Shown here: in pieces, positions 17,664 to 25,087 of the stretch
How positions within the stretch are numbered: position 1 is the stretch's first letter
Layout: each line of letters opens with the position of its first letter
Assembly: GCA_963784935.1 (NCBI GenBank)
Contig: CAWATD010000002.1
Coordinates: 330,131-394,130, forward strand
DNA length: 64,000 bases
From: an uncultured Acidobacteriota bacterium
Lineage (GTDB): Bacteria > Acidobacteriota > Thermoanaerobaculia > UBA5066 > Gp7-AA6
Direction of reading: 5' to 3'
Notes under the pieces: generated by a model
Told to the model about the DNA's origin: nothing
What the model saw: only the letters and a program-made list of their open reading frames with translations
Databases searched by the model: none
Translations under genes and position numbers: made by a program

Positions 17664-19123
17664 GGCTTCCCCGCGAAGCCGGCGGCGACATTCCGGTCGT
17701 CGAAAGGAATCTCGCGCGCGCCGATGACCTGAGTCGTCTCGTGGCCCTTGCCGGCGATGACGACGACCGTGCCGGAGTTGGCCAGCTCGATCGCCTGACG
17801 GATCGCCTCGCCGCGGTCGGCGATCTTCAGGTATTTCGTCGCGCCGGAGACGGAAAGACCCGCCTCGACGTCCTTCAGGATCGCCTCCGGGTCCTCGGAC
17901 CGGGGGTTGTCGGACGTGGCGATGGCGATGTCCGCGAGCCGCCCGGCGATCTCGCCCATCGGCGCGCGCTTGCCGCGGTCCCGGTCTCCCCCGCAGCCGA
18001 ACACGAGGAGCACCTTCTTGTCCGTCAGCTCGCGCACCGCCTGGAGCAGCCGCTCGAGGGCGTCGGGCGTGTGCGCGTAGTCGACGAGGATCGGATACGA
18101 CTGGCCCGCTTCGACGCGCTCGAGTCGCCCGGGGACGCTGGTCACGGTTGCGACGCCCTCGGCGATGTCCGCCGCCGGGATGCCGAGGCAGAGCGCCGCC
18201 GTCGCGGCCCCGGCGACATTGGAGAGCTGGAACCGGCCGAGCAGGGGCGAGGCGATCGAAAGCCGGCCGCCGGGATAGACGAGATCGAACGCGACGCCGG
18301 AGAGGTCGCAGCGGCTGCCCTCGACGCGAAACTCCGCCGTGGCGCCCGAAGGCGAAAAACTCGCGCAGGGCGGCGCCACCTCGGCGAGGAGCCTCGCCCC
18401 GAAGGCGTCGTCCGCGTTGATCACGGCGCACGCCCCGGGCTTGCGCAGCGCAAAGAGGCGCTTCTTGGCCTGGTAGTAGGACTCCATGTCGCCGTGGAAA
18501 TCGAGGTGGTCGCGCGTCAGGTTCGTGAACACCGCCACGTCGAACCGGCAGCCCTCCACGCGATCGAGCGCGAGCGCGTGGGACGACACCTCCATCGCCG
18601 CGGCCTTCGCCCCGTCGGCCACCATCTCCGCCAGGAGTTCCTGGATCACGGTGGCCTCCGGCGTCGTGCGGTCGGCCTCGATCCGGCGCCGCGGCGTGCG
18701 ATAGCCCACCGTGCCGAGGAAGCCGGCCGACCCGTAACGGCGCGCGAGGATCGCTTCGAGCAGCGTCGTCGTCGAGGTCTTGCCGTTGGTGCCCGTCACG
18801 CCGGCGAGCACGAGCTTTTCGGCGGGGTTGCCGTTGAGCCGCGCGGCGGCCAGCGCCAGGGCCCGGCGGGGCGCGGCGACTCCAATCCAGGGCACGCCGA
18901 CGCCGCCGGGCGCTGGGCGGTCGCTCGCGACCGCAACGGCGCCGCGGCGGATGGCGTCTTCGACGTGCGCGAGGCCGTCTGTCTTCGCGCCCCGGATTGC
19001 GACGAAGAGATCTCCCACCGCAACACGGCGCGAGTCGCTCGTCACCCCAAGGACCTCGAGACCCCGCGCAGCGGGAGCGATCTCGGCGCCCTCGAGGGCG
19101 GCGGCGAGGTCCAGCAGTTTCAC
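17660..19123 (-). CDS. murE: UDP-N-acetylmuramoyl-L-alanyl-D-glutamate--2,6-diaminopimelate ligase
   Basis: VTGTNGKTSTT and DNPRSEDP motifs. The GTG start overlaps the ftsI stop. Confidence 0.95.
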   Translation of the reverse strand: MKLLDLAAALEGAEIAPAARGLEVLGVTSDSRRVAVGDLFVAIRGAKTDGLAHVEDAIRRGAVAVASDRPAPGGVGVPWIGVAAPRRALALAAARLNGNPAEKLVLAGVTGTNGKTSTTTLLEAILARRYGSAGFLGTVGYRTPRRRIEADRTTPEATVIQELLAEMVADGAKAAAMEVSSHALALDRVEGCRFDVAVFTNLTRDHLDFHGDMESYYQAKKRLFALRKPGACAVINADDAFGARLLAEVAPPCASFSPSGATAEFRVEGSRCDLSGVAFDLVYPGGRLSIASPLLGRFQLSNVAGAATAALCLGIPAADIAEGVATVTSVPGRLERVEAGQSYPILVDYAHTPDALERLLQAVRELTDKKVLLVFGCGGDRDRGKRAPMGEIAGRLADIAIATSDNPRSEDPEAILKDVEAGLSVSGATKYLKIADRGEAIRQAIELANSGTVVVIAGKGHETTQVIGAREIPFDDRNVAAGFAGKP

Positions 19124-21156
19124 GGAGCCGACGGAGGCGGGTCGATTTCCTCCGCGCGGCGCCCGGCCGCCCGGCCCGGCGCCGCCGCGTTATCGGCGAG
19201 GAAGAGAGTGTGAATCGAGCCCGGGTGGACCGGCGAGCCCGGCGGCGGATCCTGCGCGACGACGAAGCCTGAGCCCTGCAGCCGCGCGAGCACCCCGAGG
19301 CGCGCGAACGCTGCCAGGGCCTGCCGGGCGGACATCCCGAGGGCGCTCGGCGTGCGGCCGGCGTCCACCGTGGCGCCTTCGTCCGACGCCCGGCGCGCGA
19401 CCGCGACCACGCCGCTCGGATAGCGCGGCTCGCGCTGCGGCGGCGCTTCGGCGAGGACGGTCGCGGGCACCTGCTGTTCGCGCGGCGCCACGCGCAGGAT
19501 CCCGAGCGCCTGCGACATGACGCGCGCGAAGAGCGGGGCGGCGACCTCCGCAGCGTAGTACTTGCCCTGGGGGTCCTCGAGCACGACCACGGCCACGCAG
19601 CGCGGGTGATCGGCGGGCGCAAAACCGGCAAAGTTCGGCACGTGCCGGCCGGCGCCGTACCCGCCGACTCCGGCTTTCTGCGCGGTGCCCGTCTTGCCGG
19701 CCACGAGGAATCCAGGGATCGCCGCATTCGCGCCGGTGCCGTGCTCGACGACGCCGACGAGGATGCGGGAGATCGAGCCGGCCGTCGCTTCGGAAATCAC
19801 GCGGACCGGCTCGCCGACCGCGACGGGCCGGACGGCGCCGCCCGGAGCGACGATCCGTGTCACGACGTGCGGCTGGACGAGGCGGCCGCCGTTGGCCGCA
19901 ATCGCCGTGATGCGGGCCAGCTGCAGGGCATTCAACGAGACCTCCTGGCCCATCGAGATCTCGGCGTTCGAAAGTGCCGACCAGCGCGCAAGGGGGCGGA
20001 AGATGCCCGAGTTCTCGCCCGGCAGGTCGACGCCGGTCAGCTGCCCCACCCCGAACGCGCGCGCCCCTTCGTAGAGACGGCGCGGTCCGAGGCGCAGGCC
20101 GACCCGGATGATGCCGATGTTGGAGGAGTGCTCGAAGATGCCGGCGAGGGTGAGCGCTCCGTAACGGTGCCCCTTGGCTTCCTGGATCGTGGTGTTGGCC
20201 ACGCGGATCGTTCCGTCCCCGGTCTCGATGATGTCGTCGAGCGCGACGACGCCCTCATCGAGGGCGAGCGCGCCCGTGACGATCTTGAAGGTCGAGCCCG
20301 GCTCGTAGCAGTCGGCGATGACGCGGTTGCGCCGCGCCTCGGCCGGGAATCGCCCGAACTCGTTCGGGTCGAAATCGGGCGCGGAAGCCATCGCGAGGAT
20401 CTCGCCGTTCCAGGGATCGAGGACCACCACGCTGCCGGACTTCGCCCGGTGCTCCGTCATTGCCGCGGCCAGCTCGTGCTCCGCGGCGAACTGCACGCCC
20501 GAGTCGAGCGAGAGCACGAGCGACGAGCCCTCCTCGGCCGGCCGGCTGTTCGCCGTTTCCGCCTCGCCGTAGCGGCTGCGGCGCGCGTCCGTCAGCGCGA
20601 CCATCTCGCCCGGCTTTCCACGAATGGCGCCGTCGTAGAGGTGCTCGAGCCCGGCCAGGCCGCTGCCGTCGGTGCCCACGAATCCGAGCACCGCCGAGGC
20701 AAGGTGGCCCTTCGGATAGAACCTTCTCGGCTCCGCCACGAAATGGATGCCAGGCAGCTTCAGGGCCCGGATCCTCCCGGCCGCCTCCACGTCGACCTGG
20801 CGCCGGATCCAGACGAACCCCTTCTCGGACGAAAGCTTCTCGAGGATTTCGGCCGCCGGCAGCCCGACGAGCGGCGCGAGGGCCTGCGCCACGGCGCGCG
20901 GCTTCTGCACGTCGTCCGGGATCGCGTAGACCGAGGACGCCTCGACGGACACGGCCAGCTCGCGCCCCTCGCGGTCGAGGATCGAACCGCGGGAGCCCGC
21001 GATCTCGATGCGGCGCTCCTGCTGGCGCTGCGCCCTGGCCCGGTAGCGGGAGCCCTGCGCGATCTGGACCTGCACGAGGCGGGCGACCACGATCGCGGCC
21101 CATGCCGCGAGGACGAGCGCGAAGAGGCGCGTTCGGCCGCGACGCACTCCGTTCAC
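19120..21156 (-). CDS. ftsI: Class B penicillin-binding protein (FtsI-type transpeptidase) with C-terminal PASTA-like domain
   Basis: PBP dimerisation and transpeptidase regions (YEPGSTFK, AGKTGTA). GTG 21156 overlaps the ftsL stop. The C-terminal 60 aa are PASTA-like. Confidence 0.9.
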   Translation of the reverse strand: MNGVRRGRTRLFALVLAAWAAIVVARLVQVQIAQGSRYRARAQRQQERRIEIAGSRGSILDREGRELAVSVEASSVYAIPDDVQKPRAVAQALAPLVGLPAAEILEKLSSEKGFVWIRRQVDVEAAGRIRALKLPGIHFVAEPRRFYPKGHLASAVLGFVGTDGSGLAGLEHLYDGAIRGKPGEMVALTDARRSRYGEAETANSRPAEEGSSLVLSLDSGVQFAAEHELAAAMTEHRAKSGSVVVLDPWNGEILAMASAPDFDPNEFGRFPAEARRNRVIADCYEPGSTFKIVTGALALDEGVVALDDIIETGDGTIRVANTTIQEAKGHRYGALTLAGIFEHSSNIGIIRVGLRLGPRRLYEGARAFGVGQLTGVDLPGENSGIFRPLARWSALSNAEISMGQEVSLNALQLARITAIAANGGRLVQPHVVTRIVAPGGAVRPVAVGEPVRVISEATAGSISRILVGVVEHGTGANAAIPGFLVAGKTGTAQKAGVGGYGAGRHVPNFAGFAPADHPRCVAVVVLEDPQGKYYAAEVAAPLFARVMSQALGILRVAPREQQVPATVLAEAPPQREPRYPSGVVAVARRASDEGATVDAGRTPSALGMSARQALAAFARLGVLARLQGSGFVVAQDPPPGSPVHPGSIHTLFLADNAAAPGRAAGRRAEEIDPPPSAP

Positions 21157-21506
21157 CGCGACTTGCCTCCCGGCGTCTCGACGTACTGGACCTGTCCGGG
21201 GTGGGGGGGCCGCAGGCCCTTGCTCTGCGCGAGCGAGGCCACCCGGTCCGGCGAAGAGGCCCGGCCGAGCTCGGCGCGCAAACGCCGGTTCTCTTCGGTC
21301 AACTCCGCCGCTGTCTTCTGCCGCGCCTCGCGCAGGTACCCCACCCGGACCGTCTCGATGTGGAGCGCTGCGAATCCGAGCAGCGCGCATGCCACCGGAA
21401 GGCCCGCGAGCAGAAAGGTCGCGAGCTCCCGGCCGCGCCGCCGGTCGCGTTCGCGCGTCAGGTGCAGGTTCTGGACGTGCTTCGTCTGCGCATACGAGGT
21501 ACTCAT
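21153..21506 (-). CDS. ftsL: Cell division protein FtsL
   Basis: Small bitopic protein (ATFLLAGLPVACALLGFAAL) followed by a coiled-coil-like segment. It lies between rsmH and ftsI. ATG 21506 was chosen. Confidence 0.75.
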   Translation of the reverse strand: MSTSYAQTKHVQNLHLTRERDRRRGRELATFLLAGLPVACALLGFAALHIETVRVGYLREARQKTAAELTEENRRLRAELGRASSPDRVASLAQSKGLRPPHPGQVQYVETPGGKSR

Positions 21507-21522
21507 GAGCAGGCCGCCATCG

Positions 21523-22482
21523 TCAGATCGCCACGGCTTCCAGCGCGGCGAGATCGGTCCCCGCGGCAACTTTCTCGGCCACCCGCAGGCGCGCACTGCG
21601 CGAGCGGGGATTGCGATGGAGCTCCTGCTCCCCGGGCCGCAGCGGCCGGCGAGTCAGGACCTCGAGCGCCTTGCGGGCCCCGCACACGCACGCGGGCATC
21701 TTCGGCGGGCACAGGCACACGCCCGAGTCGCGCCGGAACACGTCCTTCACCATGCGGTCCTCGAGCGAGTGATACGAGATGACCGCCAGGCGGCCTCCCC
21801 CGTTCAGGCGGCGAACCGCGGCCGAAAGGAAGCGGGCGAGCGACTGGAGCTCCTGGTTGACCTCGATCCGAAGCGCCTGGAAGACCCGCGTGGCCGGATC
21901 GATCTTTTCCCGGCCGCCCTTGTGTTCTGCGACGACCCTCGCGAGCTGCCGGGTGGTCACAATGGGCCCACGGGCCCGCTCTGCCACGATCCCACGCGCG
22001 ATCTTTGCCGCCATTCGCTCCTCCCCAAAATCACGGAAAATCCGTGTTAGTTCCTCGACCGAAACGGTTGCGACGATGTCGGCCGCACTGCGGCCGCTCT
22101 TCCCCATACGCATGTCCAGCGGCCCGTCGCGGCGGAAGGAGAACCCCCGCTCCGCCTCGTTGAGCTGCATCGAAGAGACCCCGAGGTCCGCGAGGATGCC
22201 GTCGGGCGCCGGAAATCCGCCGAGCAAGCGGTCGAGATCGCCGAAATCGGCTTCGACGAAATCCACGCGGCCGCGGAAGCGCGCGAGGCCATCTCTGGCG
22301 CGCGCGAGGGCGTCCGGGTCGCGGTCGATTCCGAGCAGACGGATGCCCGGCCCGCGATCGAGGAGGGCCTCGGCGTGCCCGCCCGCCCCGAGCGTCGCGT
22401 CCACGAAGAATCCGCCGCGCTCGGGCGCGAGCAGCTCGACGACCTCCTCGAGGAGAACCGGAATGTGCGCGCGCGTTTCAAT
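21523..22482 (-). CDS. rsmH: 16S rRNA (cytosine1402-N4)-methyltransferase RsmH; proposed ATT start
   Basis: HIPVLLEEVVELLAPERGGFFVDATLGAGGH is the RsmH N-terminal signature, but HIPVLL...FF lies upstream of the first GTG at 22404. Between the upstream stop (22517-22515) and 22404 there is no ATG/GTG/TTG. ATT at 22482 is preceded by AAGAGG at 8 nt. Confidence 0.85.
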   Translation of the reverse strand: METRAHIPVLLEEVVELLAPERGGFFVDATLGAGGHAEALLDRGPGIRLLGIDRDPDALARARDGLARFRGRVDFVEADFGDLDRLLGGFPAPDGILADLGVSSMQLNEAERGFSFRRDGPLDMRMGKSGRSAADIVATVSVEELTRIFRDFGEERMAAKIARGIVAERARGPIVTTRQLARVVAEHKGGREKIDPATRVFQALRIEVNQELQSLARFLSAAVRRLNGGGRLAVISYHSLEDRMVKDVFRRDSGVCLCPPKMPACVCGARKALEVLTRRPLRPGEQELHRNPRSRSARLRVAEKVAAGTDLAALEAVAI

Positions 22483-22528
22483 CGGCCTGGCCTCTTCGTT
22501 TCCCGTTTGACGCTTCCCGCTTCACGAC

Positions 22529-22975
22529 TCACAGAAGCAGCTTCGAAAGCTCGTCGTAGTCCTCGGGCCCGAACTCCTCGGTCGTGAGTCGTTTGGCCAG
22601 CGCGGCGTGGTCGGAGACGACGAGGTGATCGATGTTTCCGGTCACGACGACGTCGGCGGCGAGCTTGGCCGTGTCGCGCAGGATCTGCGGCACGAGGATG
22701 CGGCCCTGCCCGTCGATCGCGCCGTCCTGGCCGTAGTAGTTGACGCGCTCGAGGAACTTGTTCTTCGCGCGATGGATCGCCGGAAGCTCGGCCAGCTTCT
22801 CTTCGAGCGCGCGCCAGATCGGGAGCGGGTAAAGGAGGAAGTTGCGCCCGTGGATCGACGTCACGAAAAGGTCGCGGCCGAATGCCTCTTCAATCTGTTG
22901 ACGGAAGAGATTCGGCACCTTCAGCCGGCCCTTCTCATCGAGGCGGGCCGGCGCGCTCCCACGAAAGCGATCCAT
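22529..22975 (-). CDS. mraZ: Transcriptional regulator MraZ
   Basis: MDRFRGSAPARLDEKGRLKVP, and a second SpoVT/AbrB-like half ending DGQGRILVP. ATG 22975 matches the usual MraZ N-terminus. The ORF-track start at 23011 is also possible. Confidence 0.9.
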   Translation of the reverse strand: MDRFRGSAPARLDEKGRLKVPNLFRQQIEEAFGRDLFVTSIHGRNFLLYPLPIWRALEEKLAELPAIHRAKNKFLERVNYYGQDGAIDGQGRILVPQILRDTAKLAADVVVTGNIDHLVVSDHAALAKRLTTEEFGPEDYDELSKLLL

Positions 22976-23007
22976 CCGTTCTGTGTCGTCCCGTTTGGAT
23001 TCCGGGA

Positions 23008-23042
23008 CCACTTTCTCCCACTTTTAGCCAGTTCTGGCCACT
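23008..23042 (-). promoter_or_regulatory. Four direct AGTGG/ACTGG boxes with exact 10-bp phasing (predicted MraZ operator)
   Basis: On the minus strand: AGTGGccaga ACTGGctaaa AGTGGgagaa AGTGG, starting at plus-strand coordinates 23042, 23032, 23022 and 23012. They lie between the predicted -10 and the mraZ start. Confidence 0.6.
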
Positions 23043-23048
23043 GGGCGG

Positions 23049-23078
23049 ATGTTAGAAGTGCCGTGGTTTATTAGTCAA
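23049..23078 (-). promoter_or_regulatory. Sigma70-like promoter of the dcw operon
   Basis: On the minus strand TTGACT-18 nt-TAACAT sits in the only AT-rich patch upstream of mraZ. Confidence 0.55.
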
Positions 23079-23157
23079 GAAAAGAAGTTTGCCTAAAAAA
23101 ATTAGGAGCGCTAAACGGGCGTAAGCGCTCTGCCCAGAAGGCTGTGCAGCCAGAGAC

Positions 23158-24015
23158 TCAGGGCCCGACGCCCAGCCTGCCCTCGTGCCACTCGCGCGTC
23201 ATGTCGAGCCACAGGGCCAGACCCTTGTAGTCGCCGAACCGCGCATAACGGCGGACAATCGCGCCGTCGGCCGTCTTCGCGGGGCCCGGGTAGAGGCGTC
23301 GGTACTGCTTTCGGAGCCAGGAATCGAGCGCCAGGTACTCGTGCCGGCCGAGGACGCGCAGGAGGCCCTCGGCGGCGTACGGACCGAACCCATGCTCGGC
23401 CAGAATGGCCTCCCTCACGTCGGCTGCCGGGGTCGCGCGGCGCTCCCAGGCCGACAGATCGAGACTTCCCGATGCGATGCGGCGCGCGAAACGGGACAAC
23501 GCTCTCGCCCGATAGCCGCAGCGGACCTTGCTGCCAAGCGCTCCCGGGCGCACGCGCGCCAGCGCTTCGGGGCCGGGAAACGAGCCGTCCGGCGTCAGGG
23601 CCACCAGCCGCTGGACCATGCCGCGCGTCGTCGCCCATGAGCAGTTGGTCGTCAGCAGCATCTTCACGGCGTCCTCGAAGAGCGTGGGCGCCCGCAGCAT
23701 GCGACCGCCTCCGCGGGCGAGCGCCCGCTTGAGCGCGGGCTCGTCGATGAGTGCCGCATCGAATGCCGACAACTCGACGTCGAGCGAAAAGATCCGGCGC
23801 GCCATCGCGCGGACCGATGGCGCGGAGCCGCCCGAGCCCGCAATCTCCAGGTGCCCGTCCCGCGCGCGGAATGTCCATACCGCCGCCCCGGCGCCGACCG
23901 TCGTCAGCGTGCCCTGCTCGGCGTCGTAGGAATACGGCGGGAGGTCGTACCAGCCGTGCGAACGCACGACCGCATCGAAGGAGAAATTGCGAGGGAGAGA
24001 AAGGCGGGTTCGCAT
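23158..24015 (-). CDS. HhH-GPD superfamily DNA glycosylase (AlkA/Ogg-like)
   Basis: LLTTNCSWATTRGMVQRLV...EAILAEHGFGPYAAEGLLRVLG shows a helix-hairpin-helix-like motif. Confidence 0.65.
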   Translation of the reverse strand: MRTRLSLPRNFSFDAVVRSHGWYDLPPYSYDAEQGTLTTVGAGAAVWTFRARDGHLEIAGSGGSAPSVRAMARRIFSLDVELSAFDAALIDEPALKRALARGGGRMLRAPTLFEDAVKMLLTTNCSWATTRGMVQRLVALTPDGSFPGPEALARVRPGALGSKVRCGYRARALSRFARRIASGSLDLSAWERRATPAADVREAILAEHGFGPYAAEGLLRVLGRHEYLALDSWLRKQYRRLYPGPAKTADGAIVRRYARFGDYKGLALWLDMTREWHEGRLGVGP

Positions 24016-24062
24016 GGCTCGTCTGCAGCCGGTCTCGCGCGGCCGGGCGCGAGCCCCCGCCC

Positions 24063-25049
24063 TTACAACGTCTTCTTCCGATCCAGCGTCGCCAGCTCCG
24101 GCACGTAGATCTTGACGAACGCGTCGCGCCGCAACTTGTCCATGTACTCGGTGAACCGCTTCTCGTACATGTCGTCGGAGATCCGCTTACGCAGGTCGTC
24201 CTTGACCTCGGAAAACGGCTTGAATGACGCGGGCTTGCGGTCCGTGACGTGAAAGAGGTGGATCGAGTCGGAGAGCAACGCGGGCGCCGGATATTCCTCG
24301 GGCGGCGTCACGAAGACGGCCACATCGAGGGCCTCGACGAGCTCGCCCTTGTTGACGACGCCGAGGTCGCCGCCCTTGTCCTTCGTGGTCCCCTCCGACG
24401 ACTGCTTCGCGAGATCGGCGAACGGCGCGCCACCCTTGATCTTGACGCGGATCTCTTCGATCGAGGCGACCGCCTGCTGCCGCGCCTCCGCGTCCGAGGG
24501 CGAAAACTTGAGGACGATCTCGGCCGCGTGCGCCGATTCGGGAATCGCGTAGAACTGCTCTTTCCGGCGTTCGTACTCGAGCCGCAGCGCGTCGTCGGAC
24601 TGGTCCATCTTCGAGGTGACGTCGCGGCCGATGACCTTCTGCAGGGTAATCGTCTGGCGCATCTGGCGCTTGAGCTCGTCGCGCGACATCCCCGACTGCG
24701 CGAGCGACGCCTCGAACTCGGAGTCGGTCGTCATGTTGTACTGCTGCTTGACGCGCGCCACCGCGACCTCGACTTCCTCGTCGGTGGCCGAAACCGACAT
24801 CTCCTTGGCGCGCTCCTCGAGCAGCTTCTCGCGGATCAGGTCCTCGAGGACGCTCTTCTGCAGCTCGGCCAGGTCCGTCGGATGGTTCGGGGCCTTGGCG
24901 GCCAGCGCGAGCCGCCGGTCGAACTCCGTCTGGGTGATGAGCCGGTCGTTGACCCGCACGACGATCTGCTCGACGAGCTCGGCGGCACAGAGGCCCGCGG
25001 CCGCAAAGAAGCCGGTCAAGAGGAAAAGCGTCTTTCGCATGGCGGACAT
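24063..25049 (-). CDS. SurA/PpiC-type periplasmic peptidyl-prolyl isomerase chaperone
   Basis: Signal peptide, then SurA-like N-domain (IVVRVNDRLITQTEFDRRL) and a parvulin domain (GGDLGVVNKGELV). ATG 25049 is preceded by AGGTG. Confidence 0.8.
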   Translation of the reverse strand: MSAMRKTLFLLTGFFAAAGLCAAELVEQIVVRVNDRLITQTEFDRRLALAAKAPNHPTDLAELQKSVLEDLIREKLLEERAKEMSVSATDEEVEVAVARVKQQYNMTTDSEFEASLAQSGMSRDELKRQMRQTITLQKVIGRDVTSKMDQSDDALRLEYERRKEQFYAIPESAHAAEIVLKFSPSDAEARQQAVASIEEIRVKIKGGAPFADLAKQSSEGTTKDKGGDLGVVNKGELVEALDVAVFVTPPEEYPAPALLSDSIHLFHVTDRKPASFKPFSEVKDDLRKRISDDMYEKRFTEYMDKLRRDAFVKIYVPELATLDRKKTL

Positions 25050-25087
25050 TATTAACACCTTTCCGGCGCCTGAATTCCAGGGTTGGG

